Made by a program: the position numbers and the translations under genes. Of a DNA stretch of 64,000 nt, positions 1 through 12,440 are shown in pieces. Origin of the DNA: Eukaryota sp. GEM-RC1 (Eukaryota); assembly GCA_040285855.1 (NCBI GenBank), contig JAUFOQ010000016.1, positions 2,914,001 to 2,978,000 of the forward strand. The letters are read 5' to 3'. The first letter of the stretch is position 1. Every line of letters begins with the position of its first letter. Under the pieces are notes generated by a model that did no database searches, was not told where the DNA came from, and saw only the letters and a list, made by a program, of their open reading frames with translations.

Positions 1-946
1 TTTAACAATCTCAGTAATTTCATTGATTGTGGGTCGTAACATGGGATCAGAATTCAAACATTTTGAAATTAAATCCTTTAAACAATCAGGCATTGAAGAA
101 TCAAAATATAATGGTTTGTCTCGAAATTTCGCACCAATAATTTGATTAACCGAATACCCTTCAAAAGCTTCTTTTCCAGACAAAATTTCATACATAACTA
201 ATCCAAGTGAATAAATGTCACTAAAAGGACCAGGAGGATCATCAAATTGTTCAGAAGCAGCGTATTTCGGAGTTACGGCATGTGTCTTTGTTACCATGGT
301 AGTGGTAGTAGAAACAGTTTTGGAGGTACCAAAATCAGCAACTTTAACGTGACCATCAACTAGAAGTATATTACCTGGTTTCAAGTCACCATGTACAACA
401 GACTTCAGGTGGAGAAACTTCACACCCTGGCAAAGCTCTTTAACGTATCTAAGTGTTACTGATGAAAGAGAACTTGGGAAGGGGGAGGGAAGAAGAAGCT
501 CTTTCCATCACGATACCAATGGAATCATTGAAGAAGGAGATGCCATAGACACGTATAATAGAAGGATGATTCAGGTTGTAGAGCAGATTCATTTCCTTTT
601 GGAGTTGGAGTTTTCCTACATCTGTAAGTTCAACCATCTTGACAGCGACAGGGAGATCGGACCATTCAGCAGCGTAGACGACACCAAAACCACCTTCAGC
701 TATTTTAGTTCCGAGAAGTATGTGATCGGAGGGAATTTGAGGGCAAAGGTCTCCATTACGAGAAGCTCGGATGAGATCTTGTAGAGCAAAATTAGGTTTT
801 GTCTCGCTGAGAGATTTACTGCGGCAGACAGGACAGATGTCCAATGCAGCTGAGCATTGAGCACATGCGGTGTGTCCTTCACTACAAATCAATAATGGAA
901 GACGAGAAGATAGATTGAAAGAGTCATAACAAACAACACAATCCAT
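1..946 (-). CDS. RING-finger + Ser/Thr (TKL-like) protein kinase, paralog 1; +1 frameshift at ~480; runs off the window start
   Basis: N-terminal CVVC..C..GH..C..C..CPVC RING. Kinase motifs IAEGGFGVVY and VAVK, then after a +1 shift at TCC CTC CCC CTT CCC come HGDLKPGN and DFGTSK. Near-identical to 10190-11129. Confidence 0.9.
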
Positions 947-1149
947 TGATAGATCAAGAATAGGAATGAGTTACTGGTGATTGTAGTACTACAGTAGTAT
1001 AAAACGAAGAAAGGAACATTTTTACTAAGACATCCATTAACACACAGTATCTATTGTACTACGTCTACACGTAATAGTAGACTTGAGAGTCTTATTGAGA
1101 ATAACTCTGTACTCGATGTTTCTATAAGTGAACCAACACTTTTTTCGGT

Positions 1150-1412
1150 TCTTCTACTAAGGAAGCTCTAAATTTGCTTGAAAATTTGTGTTCAGAATTT
1201 GATAAGAAGTTTTACAGCTCATACTGGATGAGTAAAATTGATGTTTCGACTTTTTAGTCATTTTTAGATTTGTTGATTCTATTTTGGCCAAGTTGTTTGG
1301 TTGTAACTATTTTTGGGAATTGAGTAATTCGCTTGATAGTCTGTTTTAATAATCTTTATTTTATTTGTTGTTTTCTTGTTGTGTGTTTTTCTCCGCAGAT
1401 AAACCCGTTTTA
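1150..1412 (+). mobile_element. 3' end fragment of RLE-type non-LTR retrotransposon (family B)
   Basis: Degenerate copy of 37320-37590 (GSSTKE.LNL.ENLCSEF.KKF..SYW.SK) with the same 3' tail ttgttgttttcttgttgtgtgtttttctcc. Confidence 0.75.
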
Positions 1413-1499
1413 TTACCAGGTCCACTTTAGTAGAGTGTACCTACATCTAGTCATCAATATCCACAAAGTCCAAAATTTGTCTTTGGAGATACAAATGAT

Positions 1500-1890
1500 C
1501 TTGTGATCTACTTTCAACATAATGTATGTTTGAAGGTAATTTCTGGACTGATGCTCATCTCATTGGTTTCGTCAAACCCAGTAAGGGAATTAAATCTGAT
1601 GGAATCCGTCCAATTGCTTATGGACAATCAATCTCCCGTTTCTTTGCTTCAATTGTTTTTTATCGAGTGGTTGATACAGCAGATCGCTTTTTATCTCCAT
1701 TCAAATTTGGAATTAAGATATCAGCTTTGTTGTTTAATTCTCACGATGATAACTTAATTTCTATTCTCCATTCTACAATGCATTTGATTCCGTTAGTCGT
1801 AAGTCCGTTTTTGCTTTGACTGAAAAAGAGTATTCTGAGTTATCATCCTACTTTTTTTCGTTCTATTGAAAATCAAGTGATTACATTTAT
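1500..1890 (+). mobile_element. Reverse transcriptase fragment of CRE/SLACS-like non-LTR retrotransposon (degenerate)
   Basis: ORF 1526-1819 has GIRPIAYGQSISRFFASIV...FGI, typical of RT subdomains 1-2 in this clade. Degenerate afterwards. Confidence 0.75.
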
Positions 1891-2520
1891 GATGTTACTA
1901 CAAGTGTGAGCACATAAATCTCATGTTGTAACATCAAGAAATATTTGACTGGAATTAATAAAGAGAAGATGTAAGTCAACTCGATCCGAATTATTAATTG
2001 AACCAAGACTGAATCACCGAACACTGTTCTAATTTGACAAAATCCATGAGAATCAAACATTTCAAATGTAACATCTGTGACAATATTATGAAGGAACGAA
2101 ATTGAATGAATTTGGGGCAAGTATTTACATAACTAAAACTTGGACAGCGATGATTACTACATAAACATTCAGAGATGTCGTGCAAATCAGCACAAAACTA
2201 CGTGTACGTTTTTCAAAAACTAATTCTGAAAATTTATGAAGGCAAGTATTCCACATCAAACCAGTCATTGTCCTTTTACAACTTAGAACAAATGTAAATG
2301 TTGTACTTAGGAGAGGTTTTGTAAAGCGCAAACATAATACGATTAAACCTAAAGAACCAAAAAAAGTCGTACATTAGAACGCACAAAAGGTCAGAATCAA
2401 ACGTATTGCTAACCTAGACTGTTAATTAACAAAATTGTAAGTATAAATTATACACATTGAATACAATTTTGTTTATTAGTAAAGTATATATACTAGCAAG
2501 TCATAATCAATGAAGTCTAT

Positions 2521-5500
2521 TTAGTTTTCATCCTTTTCAGACAACTTACCAAAGTCCATCATGAGAGGGATTAAACATGAAGGTTCTGGGTGGACATTGT
2601 ACAAAAGCTTATCACCGTCACCTTTTTGATATGGATTGATAGCAGCTACTAAGCGGACTTTTGGATGTAAAGTTAGAGTTCCAAGCTTTCTGTTGGTAAT
2701 TAAACCAGACACGAGTCCTAAGAAATCAGAAGCATTACATTCATCTAAAAATAGAATCGGAAAGAGAGGACTTTCAGGAGGAAGTAGTATGGCAAGATTG
2801 TTGACCCTTTTAATAGTATCTTCTACTTCGCGAAGTTCTGTACCAGCATTTACAGTAACGTTAACAAACAATTCTTCCAATAAATTAGATGTTTCAGCAG
2901 ATTCATTCCAAAATAAAATAAAACTTAAACATTCCAGTAAATGAGTTTTTCCAACACCACTAGCACCTCGAAGAATGGTAGGCAAATTAGCAGAAAATCT
3001 AAGAGCAATTAAGGATTGTTTAAGGTAAGCATCACCAGTAAGGGCGTAGCTTCCGAAACGTTCTTTCCATAATTTAGGTGGCACAGAGTTATCAAAAGTA
3101 AATGATCGAATTATTGAAATTTTTCCTTCATCAGTGGCTGGTATTTCGACTGAATCCCTGGAAGAAGTGTTCATATCGATATAGGTTTTGAGAGCATTTG
3201 GAACGGTACTTCCTCTTGGAACTGTAATTGAAGGAGAATCACGAGTTAACATGAACATAACATGATTCATATCATTCCAATTAACCACAACTTTATCTCT
3301 ATCAGGAGCACTGATCGTGGGTACTGACATGAGAACGGTCTGACGGGCAAAGCCAAATATTAGATCAATACCACCACGGCGAATGTCATCAGTTTGACTG
3401 TCACTGTACCCATTTAGAGTCATAATCTCAGGAGAAAAGGCGACAGCTTGACCAAAATAGTTCAATTGAGATCCCAGTAAAGAAACAATATCTGTAAGTA
3501 GTCTAAATGACCATTGACTTTGATGAGGAGGAGGTAGATCTGCAAAAGTATTAGTAAAAAGAGGTTCTAACGAAGCAGAAGAATTGAGAAGAGTGGAAAG
3601 AAAACGAGAAATTGTAGCGACGTGTGCTTTCATTTCTTCAGAAGTGAATTTAACATGGCGAAAATCAAAAGTAAGTTCATGGACAAGATCATCTTTGTTT
3701 GGATATAAAGAATCAATAAGATAATTATACCAATTAAATGGAGTTAAACTGGCTCTGGAATATGAAGCAAACTCAATATACATCTTTTCCTCAAGTCTAA
3801 AAATAGAACCATTGTGCCGAAGACCTGAGAGAAAGGACAATGAAAACAAAATGTAAGCAGTATTGTAGAAGTCTTGGGAAGTCAAATTGGATGACGTTGT
3901 CCAGTGTTCTCGAGTGAACGTTCTTTTTAAAACATCCAAAGGCTCTCGAATGTCTAAATGAATATTAGGATTTGTCCAATCAATCTTATCATCACGAAGA
4001 TATTTTTCAATAAACTCAGAAATATTAACTTTTCCCGAAACATTAAATGTTTTTGTATGAGTTTCAATCAAACCTTCAGGAACGCATTCTCTTAAACACC
4101 TTGTAGTTTTACCTTGACCAGGTACTGCTGACGTGTAAATTGCACCTACAGTACAGCTTTCTAATACTGAAGACAAGTCAACTTCCGAAGGAAGGGTACC
4201 AAGTACAGAGTGAGTATTGTCAAGGAAATCAGTACCAGACCCAACGACAGAAATTTTAAAATTGTCGTCGTTCTTATCCTTCATATAAGTATAGAACTTC
4301 TCTCGAACAGAAAATCTCAATTGATCAAAACCAATAATTAATCGTTCAGATACTAGTGAGTCAGACATAACAGCAACTAAAGAACTGAAAGAAGTTTCCC
4401 AATTACAAATTAAAACATTTCGAATGTTCAATTCAATCTCTCTATGAACTGCTATTTTCAAAGCATCAGTGAAAAGATTTGATAGAGAATCTGATTGAAA
4501 ATACGTGATTGATCGATCTTTAATTTCAACAACAGGAGCTGCAGAATTGAATATTTCCTCGAGTTTAACATTGACAGAATAACTGGCATCAATTCCAGAT
4601 TGAGCTGAATTATTTGCAAAATATTTTGGGAATTCAAAATATCTTACTATATCAGCCACGTGACGATTCAAAAGAAAGTTTGAAATTTCTTTTGGATGCA
4701 TTCCTCTAAACCAGCCATTTTGAGCCTGTTCCAAGAGAGTCATCCAAGTATCACGTAATTCTCGTAAAGTCTCAACTTGTTGTTCAATACCAGAATTATG
4801 ACCTTTGATCATGACAATAAGTTCAGACTCATTAGAAATGATAGGAAAATCACAATCAACTAACTCTTTTAAAATACAGAGGATGTTATCAACGAGTTGA
4901 CACATATTTAGAAATTGATCTCTCTTTGCATCGTACAGTTGTTTACTATGATGAGATACGTAGATGTTAGTATTACTGAGAGATACGTCAGTAGAGGACG
5001 ATTCGGAAGGATTTGAAGACTCCGTACCCCGCAACAAAGCTTTAACCTTCTCCCAATCAATTGCATCTAATCCACACTCAGCGTGAACAGTGTCTTCTTT
5101 AATGTGGGCGTTACAACGATCACACGTAGATGGACAGTCTTCTAAAAGAGTGTAATAGGCTTCTTCGAATGAACCAGATGATTGACATTCCGCAATAATC
5201 TCACTGTGGACATGATTAGGAAAAACGAGTTGCAGACAGTTAATTTCTTCCAATTTGAGGTCTCTGAATCCACCCATTTTGTATACGGGTGATGGAACAG
5301 CTTTAAGACGAAGTCCATCAGCTCTAGCTCTATGAATCTCCTCTTCTGGAATATCAATTGTACTATCTTCTCCGGTAGGAAGCTGCAGTCTGACAGTAAT
5401 GGTTTCCAAGATTGAAAAGTAAAATACCTTTTTGGAAATTACACTTAGAAATAATATTATCCAATGCAGATTGATCACCATCACTGACCAACAACTCATC

Positions 5501-6620
5501 AATTGCCTTGATTGCACTCTTTAATTGATTGATTGACTTAACATATGCTGATACACGTTGAGAAAAGTGGCAATTTTCTTCCATCCAGTCATGAAGATTT
5601 CTCAATAACTGACGCATGTCGATGGCTCCTTCATCAAATACTGGCTTTAATACAGAATTCCAAAGAGATTTTGGATCATCTAACATACTGATAAAAAACT
5701 GTGTCACAGAGCAATGAACAGTATAAGAGGCGGCAAAGTTACCATAGAGCTTTGAGGAAAGTTCTTCAAGTGTTAAAGTAGAGTATTTGTTCAGAATTGA
5801 AAGTAAGTCATCCGCATTGTTAAGAAGTTGGAAGATTTGTAATAACATTGGCGGTGACGTACGATTGCAATGACTACAATCAACCATTGAGCTGAACTTC
5901 TTGGAGTAAGATCCAAAGTCAGATAATAGAGAGTCTGAAGAAAGTTCTGCAACAGAAGTAAATTTTCTATCAGCAATGGACATTGAAACTTTGATGACAC
6001 TAAATATTCCAGAAATATTCCTGAAACAGGCAATGATCGGATCCCACACGTGACGACTGACCCATGATTTGATATTAAAAAGTACTTCTTTTTGAAGTTT
6101 TCCAGAGGGATCAAGGAGAGAGAGAATTTCCATTTCATTAGACATTTCTTCTTCATTAAAACTACTATAGATAGACTCCAAATGAGAAGCCTTGACATCA
6201 GGTTCAAGAAGTTGGGCAATGAATTGTAGAATTTGTTGAGAAATTGTAGCAGCAGCTGCTTCGGGGTCAATTCCAGAAGGGACATTATCATCTTGATCTT
6301 CTTCAAAAGAATCTTTGACGTCTTTGTCATCACTAAGCAGAGTGGCAGGATGCTCAAGCAGGAAATCGGAACAGGAATTAACATAGATGGTGTAGAAATG
6401 ATGGAATAAAGCCGTAGAAGCAATCTTTGCAACTAAAATTTCACGGGGGGAATTATTATCGATCTGTAAGTCTTTCAACAAAGCGGAAGCTATCTGTGTT
6501 TTGAGGGGAGAAATTGGAAACGATATCATCATCTGATCAAGAGAAGAACAAGAGATTGAAATTCATTCCGCAGTTCTGACAAGTTTGATATGCTCAACAC
6601 CGGCTACACCATTTAAGGTG
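2521..6620 (-). pseudogene. RNF213/mysterin-like AAA+ ATPase fragment (frameshift ~5430, truncated at both ends)
   Basis: Motifs NVLICNWETS, IYTSAVPGQGKTT, HLDI, YALTGDAYLK...LPTILRGASGVGKT (Walker A), LFLDECN (Walker B), AAINPY and YNVHP..MDFGKL follow the RNF213 AAA1-AAA3 order. The ORF stops right after DFGKL, and an in-frame TGA lies just upstream of 6532. Confidence 0.75.
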
Positions 6621-9115
6621 CATGTAACATGTTTTCCGTGTTTAATTACATGAGAATGTTATATTCATCAGAAACCTCTACGGTTCGTATGGGTCCGGTT
6701 AACACACACACATATATTTCTGCACATCAGCAGAAACCATCAGAATTTGAACAACATTACTAACATTGTTTTCTGAGAATTGACTTTGTATAATGAGATT
6801 GTAAGGTGGCATAACAATTTTCTCTTGTAATTGACTGTACATCCTAACTAGGTATCTCAATCAACTTTAATACAATGCAAGTAATAAAATCACTTTATTC
6901 TACTTGAATTGGGAACTTGCTTTTTGGGGCCCTTCAAATGTTCTTAAAAGGATTTCAGTGTTGAGTAAAAGGCTGTACACACGTGAATGACACTACGGCA
7001 AAAAAATTCACCAATGCACAGATGGTTTTTAGCATTACAGATTGCCCACTTTGGCATTTCAAATTATGTGGAGAATTATCAGGCCAAATACATGACAGTA
7101 AACGCATGTTTAATGACCAAGAAAAATACTGGAAACTTGAGGAGTATAAGTAATCAGAAATGAAGCAGAGCCATCAGAAACATTCATTAAACAATTTGCA
7201 AAAACGGAATTTTTTTCCTTGACAAAGCCAAGTCGAACACTATAATCCATCCTTTCAATAATATTTGTTTTTTCTGTTGTAATTTTTTGAGACAGAACTG
7301 AAGATTAGTCAAAGATTTTTCAGCTTTTTCAGACACAGATTCTTGGAAACATTGAGACCAAACGTCAAACGGTAATTTAATCAACGCTTAGTTTAAGTTC
7401 AATAAATATTTAGACGAATTGGGGTTAGTAGGTCAAATATCATAAAGAAATCGATTAACAAATTCAATAATGAAACTTTTTCACCTAAAAATGAAGATTT
7501 GCATAAAATTGACGATTTGATAAAAACAATACCACCAAAATGGGCAGAAGTAAACAAGTAACTTCTACCTAACGTTGAATCAACTTTTAATATTGATACA
7601 AAAAAATTAATCCTCAACTCGTTAAAAGTTCTACAAAAATTCAGAGCGATTGGAGGAGCTGTACATCGCAAAACATGTGCTACAATGACGACATCTAAAA
7701 TGTAAATCAAAACAATTGATTTACAGTAGATTGGATTGCATGAAGAACTTACTACCATCACTGGCTGAGATAGACATACTATGCGCCGCATTATAACAGT
7801 ATATATATATTGTGGATGAACCCAGCTATATCGTTGTAACAATTTTGAAGATTGCCGTAAATTGGTTTCCTATTTTTACAGTTGCCGTATTTAACGGCAA
7901 GTTTAAAAAGTGGCTACGCGAAATACGGAAAAATAGTTTTACAAGTAAAACTACAGAACTAAGAACGGATAAAGAAAAACCATGAACTGACTAATCAGAA
8001 TCGGAGTCATGACATCGTTCTGGATGGTCTGTACGCAGAACCGTTTGAACAATTTGGAGAATTTTAACTTGTACAGCGGAAAACGGAAAAGATCTTCACT
8101 TCAAACAATGACGATTGTCAAAAGAATACGGTTTTGGGGAAGTCTTGTCAGTGGTAGATCCCTTGATTCTTCAGAACCATGATGGTAACCCACTCTTTAC
8201 GTGTCCGACTTACTCAATGCTGTACTTGTAAGTACTAAAGAAACTGATGTCGGTTCAATTAGTACTGAACTGATTCAATTCATGACAAAATAGAGGATAA
8301 AACTTACATTTTGTTCATGAAATTACGTCATGTATTTGCATAATGAACTATATGAAGATGTTACAATAAAATTTCTAAAAAATTATAAAGGAGCCCTTAT
8401 GGTCAAAAGCCATATCTAAAAACCATTGTTCCTAATAATCCAAACAATGTGTTTTGGACGTGTTTTAGACTTGAAACAGCTCACAGTTTGTAAGGTATGT
8501 CGATAAAAACTCATCACTTGTAATACTCTCATAAAGATGATCAATTATGCTTTGATGTTTCGATTTTCGGGACATGAAAAAGACAATTTTATATATCCAC
8601 TAAGGAAACATTTGCCGTAAATAATTTCCGAATTTTAACAGTTACCGTTTTTTACGGTACGCTATTTTATTTTACGTCAATGTAACGTATACCAAATTTT
8701 TGTTGCAAATAGGCTCCGCGTTGTGTGTACTAGCATATTCCATTAGCAAAATGTTGTCAATATATATTTATTATTCACAGTAACTACACATGTACCATAT
8801 TGTTCCAGTTCTCATAGTGTCAGAAAATATTGTTGGTGTACAATAAACATAAATATGTTATTTCTGATCCTTGGTTTGTGTGTTGAACTGAATGATTTCA
8901 AATATACAATTAGGTTATTGACAAATAGATTATTATTGTTGAAGGTTGATTTGTAAATGTTCTCAAAAAATAGGCATCAAGGACAAGAAAACTACTAGTA
9001 TAATTTCCAACAAGAAGTTTCCGTTCAAGAACTCAAAGTAATAGCAGTCACATCAGACTTGGGAAGTGGATCAAGTTCAATTGAATCAAGAATGGTCATG
9101 ATACGAGCTTCAGCT

Positions 9116-11129
9116 TCAAACTTTTCCACATACAAAATTTGGAATTTCATCAGAAATCTTTCGAATTACGTGTGCAAGGATTAAAGAAACTTGAGGTCTA
9201 GTAACACGCAGAATGTTGGCCAAAACATTTAAACACTCAATTAATGTATCACGAAGTCGAGCCAATCCATGTTCAACGTCATACATTCTAGCATACTGGT
9301 CTCCAATACCATTATTAACACAAGCACGAGCTAAGACCATGTACAAAGAGATACTTGATCCAAGTAACCAAGATCTTAGATTTGAATAGCGGAATAAACC
9401 CTTCATACAAGGTTCTACAGTTCCATTAGTAAATACATCGTAACGACTAGGTTGTAGTCCAGGTTGCCATTGAGGATTGGAGGAAAAGTGTTTAAAAGGA
9501 ACTTCAGGTGAAGAATTCTTTGGTGCCCAATTGACTGCAGAACATTTTGGACAATTATTAGCTACCCATTTCCAAACATCAGGACGATTACCATCTTCAC
9601 CAACGCTTTGAGTGTGACCGCAAGTTAAACAGTAGTACATGTAGCTATGAAACCTATACATACTTATACCAATTCTTGAAAAACAACTATTTGGGAAATT
9701 GAAGGGAATAAAAACAGCACCAATAAAGGAATACATAAAGACTTGACAAGCATCAGAATTTAAAATTTCACCGAGTGGAAGTAGGTATGAAATATATATT
9801 TCAAACAGATTGTAAAGTTGTTTGAAATTTGATTCTGGTATATTCATATTCTTAGAAATTAAAATAGCAGAAACCTTATGCCCAGTGATTTCAGATAAGT
9901 CAATAGTTCCGCTTTGAAGTCTTTGGACTTCTTCAATGATTGCAGGATTACTCTTATAGTCAGTATCACCTGCTAGACCACTAAAATCGTTATCACTTAT
10001 AACCAATGGGGTAATTAAAGGAAGTCCTTTTGAAACGTGACAGGATTTTTCAAATTTACTTTCTAAATCACAAACTTTCACCTTCAAACTATTCTTTTCA
10101 CTCTTCAAAAGGGAAATGATCTCCTTAAGATTTCCGTCGTTAATAAAAAATGATTGATCATCACAATCAGAAACAATCACACTTTTAATAACCTCAATGA
10201 TTTCATTGATTGTTGGTCGTAGCATGGGATCAGAATTCAAACATTTTGAAATTAAATCCTTTAAACAATCAGGTACTGAAGAATCAAAAGGTAATGGTTT
10301 GTCTCGAAATTTCGCACCAAAAATCTGCTTCGTTGAATACCCTTCAAAAGCTTCTTTTCCAGACAAAATTTCATACATAACTAATCCAAGTGAATAAATG
10401 TCACTAAAAGGACCAGGAGGATCATCAAATTGTTCAGGAGCAGCGTATTTTGGAGTTACGGCATGTGTCTTTGTTACCATGGTAGTGGTAGTAGAAACAG
10501 TTTTGGAGGTACCAAAATCAGCAACTTTAACATGACCATCCACTAAAAGAATATTACCTGGTTTCAAGTCACCATGAACAACAGACTTCAGGTGTAGAAA
10601 CTTCACACCCTGGCAAAGTTCTTTAGCGTATCTAAGTGTTACTGGAGAAAGAGAACTTGGGAAGGGGGAGGGAAGAAGAAGCTCTTTCCATCACGATACC
10701 AATGGAATCATTGAAGAAAGAGATGCCATAGACACGTATAATAGAGGGATGATTTAAGTTGTAGAGCAGATTCATTTCCTTTTGGAGTTGGAGTTTTCCT
10801 ACATCTGTAAGGCCAACCATCTTGACAGCGACAGGGAGATCGGACCATTCAGCAGCGTAGACGACAGCAAAACCACCTTCAGCTATTTTAGTTCCAAGAA
10901 GTATGTGATCGGAGGGAATTTGAGGGCAAAGATCGCCATTACGAGAAGCTCGGATGAGATCTTGTAGAGCAAAATTAGGTTTTGTCTCGCTGAGAGATTT
11001 ACTGCGGCAGACAGGACAGATGTCCAATACAGCTGAGCACTGAGCACATGCGGTGTGTCCTTCACTGCAAATCAATAATGGAAGACGAGAAGATAGATTA
11101 AAAGAGTCATAACAAACAACACAGTCCAT
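9116..11129 (-). CDS. RING-finger + Ser/Thr kinase with coiled coil and C-terminal Cys/His (RZ-finger-like) extension, paralog 2; +1 frameshift at ~10665
   Basis: ORFs 10632-11129 and 9116-10606 join by the same +1 shift as paralog 1. HGDLKPGN, DFG and YAAPE are present. The tail contains YYCLTCGHTQSVGEDG...CPKC. Confidence 0.88.
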
Positions 11130-11949
11130 TGATAGATCAAGAATAGGAATGAGTCACAAGTGTTTGTAGTAATGGCTAGGAGGTACACCACAGCAGTTGT
11201 AGTTGTAGAATCATGTCAATTTCTTCTTGTTCCAACGAATCTTCCATGTCCTTACATTTCCAGGATTCTATATTGTTTATCATCAATCTTCACTTGCTTC
11301 AACGCTTCCTGAAGCCTTCTCTTAACCATTCTGCCCCTCACCGTTGTCTTCGTAATATGATAATGAACCTACAATCATTCATGAAATCAGCTGGATTTGT
11401 AAGCCAACATTTCTACAAAGTGTCCATGTCAGCAATAAACGTGTTTTTCCAAAGAAACACGCTTTCTGTTATTCCTGCAGACCTTTCTCTACTTTCTTCT
11501 CTTTCTTCTCTCCTTGGAGCTAATGTACACATAATTGGCTTAATGGTTTGAATCCAAAAGGACTACGATACATTTTATTACATTTGAGATACATTATTTT
11601 CAGAGAAAAATTGGAATGCCACTTGATACAATTGATCATTGTCGTACGTTCAAGTCTTCAGTGAAAGCCGTACGACGGAACTAGTTGTATTTTGTCTTTC
11701 TGAATTAGATTAACTTTTCTATAACTTTTTGATAGTTGACAATTTGTTTTTCCATCTCAACAGCCGAATTGGTAATCATTGAGTACATCTGCCAAGCTTA
11801 GGGATACTTTGATATCTTCTAATCGTACCTCCAGTCTGCTCCAGTTGCATCCCATGACAGGAATCCAAGCAAATATGTTGCAACATATTTTTGTCATAAA
11901 AAAAGTACAATGATTATATTGGAACATTAGACGATTGCAATACATATTT

Positions 11950-12440
11950 AAGAATCAGAAAACTGTTATGTTGTCCCTTTTTCTTCAAACAAATTGTTTG
12001 TTGTCGATGTGATGTTTGTAAAAAGACATCTTTAAAGAATGCTTACGCTGAAACTTCCCCTTTAGACATCTCTGAACAAACCAAACAGGATAAATGCAAG
12101 GAATCATTGATGGCTGTAAAACATGTAAAACATGTTGAATACGAATTATGGCCCTTTGCTGTTTCAATTTACGGACGTTTAGGAAAAAGTGGATTGAATT
12201 TTTAAAACGATTTCGGAAAAATCGTAAAAAATGGGATGAACAAACGTTTTGATCATGTGTTATGGATGAATCGTATCGTTTTTACTATTTTTACAACAAT
12301 TCCCCTAATCATCTCCAAAGCTTCATTAGCTGTGAGTGCCTTTTATAAGGACAAAGCTGTTGTAAGAGTTGATAGCGACGTGAGTTGTTGTAATGATATC
12401 AAATTCTAGTTGTGTAATCTAATGTTTATAATAAAAATTA
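11950..12440 (+). mobile_element. 3' RLE-domain fragment of non-LTR retrotransposon (family C), degenerate
   Basis: Diverged inverted copy of 37980-38430 (PFAVSIYGRLGK...RIVFT). Confidence 0.8.

Noticed and set aside
6650..9000. Possible degenerate gene or transposase with repeated ttgccgta motifs (~7855, ~8612)
   Set aside because: Many stops, and no family motif or TIR/TSD pair I could identify.
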